Of a stretch of 51,318 bases of DNA, positions 48,490 through 51,318 are shown one piece after another (positions within the stretch are counted from its first letter, which is position 1; the number at the start of each line of letters is the position of its first letter). The position numbers and the translations under genes were made by a program. This DNA comes from Octopus sinensis. Lineage: Eukaryota. The notes below the pieces were generated by a model. It was not told where the DNA came from and searched no databases. It saw nothing but the letters and a program-made list of their open reading frames with translations. The stretch spans positions 1 through 51,318 of the forward strand of contig NW_021833947.1 in NCBI RefSeq assembly GCF_006345805.1, given 5' to 3'.

Positions 48490-49590
48490 TACTCTTACAG
48501 ATTTTGGTATGAGCACAAGGAGAGGCCAAAATGACCTGGGTCAGATCACAACAATTGCGGTTCCTCTGTACTCATAATTGGTGGTACATTGCTTAGGGTT
48601 TAGTGAATCTATTGGCGTTGTTATTTCTCTGTGTGTTACGGAAGTGTTCGAGATTTTTGGATGTTGCTTTTATGCTTGCCCAAAATGTTCTTTATGTGAC
48701 TGCATATGTGAGGGTATATTTCATCTAAACTCAAGGACAATGAAGGTTGAAACGTGAAGAGGAAAAATCTGTTCTCCTCATATCTCCAAGTCGCTTTTCA
48801 TTTTAAGTAATTTTTATCTTTCATTGCATAGGTTGTATGTGCATGTAATATAACCCATAGCGATAAAATTGTTCGATATCTTGAGTACATTGAAGGTAAT
48901 TGAATTTGCTGACGTGAGATTGTGGGCCTAGAAACAGCTAGTATAATCTATGATAGATCTAATGGATCAATTGTAAACAATAGTTGTTATGTCTTTCTGT
49001 TGACCAAATGTGGAATCTATTACTCAAAGTTTGTTTGTACCATGGTTTGCGTTCTATAAGTCTTCTATGCATATTGCGAAGGTTGATGTTGCATTAACCG
49101 TTTGGTTGTACAAATCATGTTTGTAAGTTTGTCTTGAGCTTCTATGCTTGCATTTAGACGTTTAGTTAGCCCTTGTGTTATACATTCTGAGTATTATAAA
49201 ACTGCCATTTAATAAGTTCCAAGTTACTATGATGATTTAAAAGATATGGCAACGTGTATCATATATAACACTTGGACATCAGAGAAATATCTCCCGTGTA
49301 TCATATGTGATACAGTGGGCATGGCAAAGGCTTAAAATCAGTAGGCTTTTGTTTTGAATGATTGACTTCGATGTTCAATGGGGGTTTTTTGTATAGATAT
49401 TGACAAAATGATGGGAGGATGTAAGTGTGATGTCTTCTGCGTATAGGGTCATTTGCAGGTACTGAGGTGTGTGGAAGCTCGTGTAGATATAGGATGAAAA
49501 CAATGTATGAGACGACGGATCCCCATGACACACCAGCTGGAAAATTGCAAGTACTATACATGTTCTTGTACACTATATCAAAAGTCGTGG
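48490..49590 (-). pseudogene. Highly decayed non-LTR retrotransposon RT fragment
   Basis: AGVSWGSVVSYIVFILYLHELP (GVPQGSVL-like), frameshifted TLYAEDITLT (YADD-like), later IRSIIDY. Confidence 0.6.
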
Positions 49591-49599
49591 TAACTACTA

Positions 49600-49644
49600 T
49601 TGCTGCTGCTGCTGTTACTACTACTACTACTACTACTACTACTA

Positions 49645-49685
<41 letters not shown>

Positions 49686-49832
49686 GATTCACTGTGAACT
49701 TGTATGTCAAATTGTGAAAGGACGTCTATTGCAGTAATTCGAAAATTAATTTCTGTAACTTCCGGCATCTTAGATTGTCAATATTATTGTGTAATAGGCA
49801 AGCATGCATTCATGTATGTGTGTATGCATGCC

Positions 49833-49864
<32 letters not shown>

Positions 49865-49989
49865 TGTATGTATGTATGTATGTATGTATGTATGTATTGT
49901 ATGTATGTATGTATGTATGTAATGTATGACTGTATTATGTATGTATGTATTGTATTGTATGTATGTATGTATGTATGTATGTATGTATG

Positions 49990-50020
<31 letters not shown>

Positions 50021-50062
50021 GTATGTATGTATGTATGTATGTAATGTATGCATGTATTTATG

Positions 50063-50099
<37 letters not shown>

Positions 50100-50125
50100 T
50101 GTATGTATGTTTGTATGTATGTATG

Positions 50126-50160
<35 letters not shown>

Positions 50161-50269
50161 TGTATGTAATGTATGTATGTTTGTATGTATGTATGCTTGT
50201 ATGTATGTAATGTATGTATGTATGTATGCATGTATGTATGTAATGTATGTATGTATGTAAGTATGTATG

Positions 50270-50308
<39 letters not shown>

Positions 50309-50375
50309 TGTATGTAATGTATGTATGTTTGTATGTATGTATGTATGTATGTATGTATGTATGTATGTATGTATG
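49600..50375. repeat. (TAC)n then long (TATG)n microsatellite
   Basis: Direct reading. Confidence 0.95.
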
Positions 50376-51034
50376 TGTTGTTTCTTCCTAGTATGGAAAT
50401 GCAAGAAACGGATATAGAGTGCCAAATATGAGTTGGCAGTTCAAATTTTTCAAACTGAACTATTTACAGTTTGCACATAGAGTTTTAAATTGAATTTACC
50501 CCGGTGATGGTAGCAGGTATCTGATTCTTTGGGAATCTCTTTTCAAACTCGAGGAAATAATGTTTATTTTCTTGTACAAAATGATGTGAAAGACTGGTCT
50601 CTCATCAACGTAACCCTCGTTATTCGTTGAAAAATACAAGACAAGAAAAAGTAAAAAAAAACTAACATGGTGGCCACTTTTGTTATTTTGTACGTATATT
50701 AAGGCCGCTCTTATAAACTGAGAAATGAAATTCAAATGGGTTGGCGTTCAGTGTTAGTGTTCTATATTCGATTTAAAATGGGGGACGGGCGGAGTATTAC
50801 CATTTCTCGGTCAACTGAATGGATATTTCTTCCTTATATTTCGTGTAGCATAGGATAATGTCTGTGTGGTTAACTCTCGTTAGTAGGAAAGGCTATGAAA
50901 CACGATTTAAGATTATAGTAGTAAAGAATAGGTGATACAATATAAGAAAGCTTAATCTGTTATAATATCTTTTCTGTTATAATGTCATAATTAGTCTGGG
51001 TTATATACTTATACGTAAAAGGTAATTTCCTAAC

Positions 51035-51101
<67 letters not shown>

Positions 51102-51124
51102 ACTGGCCATTCATCCATCCATCC

Positions 51125-51209
<85 letters not shown>

Positions 51210-51263
51210 ACTGGCCATTCATCCATCCATCATCTATCTATCTATCTATCTATTATCTATCTA

Positions 51264-51304
<41 letters not shown>

Positions 51305-51318
51305 CTATCTATCTCTAT
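51035..51318. repeat. (TATC)n microsatellite with duplicated AACTGGCCATTCATCCATCC spacer
   Basis: Spacer at ~51101 and ~51209. Confidence 0.95.

Overview
AT-rich, microsatellite-saturated eukaryotic DNA, most likely from an octopod cephalopod (inferred from the SINE repertoire; not database-checked). No complete intact protein-coding gene is visible, and almost all ORFs in the supplied track are microsatellite or antisense artefacts. Recognisable content: (i) about 10 copies of a ~420-bp tRNA/CORE-type SINE plus three other tRNA-SINE families; (ii) decayed LINEs: an RTE fragment (17.1-18.5 kb), a near-full CR1/L2-group ORF2 (40.8-44.1 kb) and a very old RT fragment (48.5-49.6 kb); (iii) a 5'-truncated Neptune-type Penelope-like element (PLE; RT + Cys linker + GIY-YIG, 44.8-46.9 kb) and other PLE 3' ends; (iv) Helentron-type non-autonomous elements and a mariner remnant; (v) three weak candidate minus-strand exons. 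The most striking signal is about 15 type I hammerhead-ribozyme (HHR) motifs of many unrelated sequence families in 51 kb. Several fold completely (30773-30833, 31509-31582, 38986-39058, 40448-40552, 22702-22747). Most have self-complementary stem III sequences, one family has a U at core position 6, one HHR sits inside a perfect 35-bp inverted repeat, and one is part of a PLE-tail/tRNA/HHR composite. A second clear signal is a 39-nt 3' tail shared by the CR1/L2-group LINE and the main SINE, with two compensatory base-pair changes in a terminal hairpin. All folds and alignments were done by eye.
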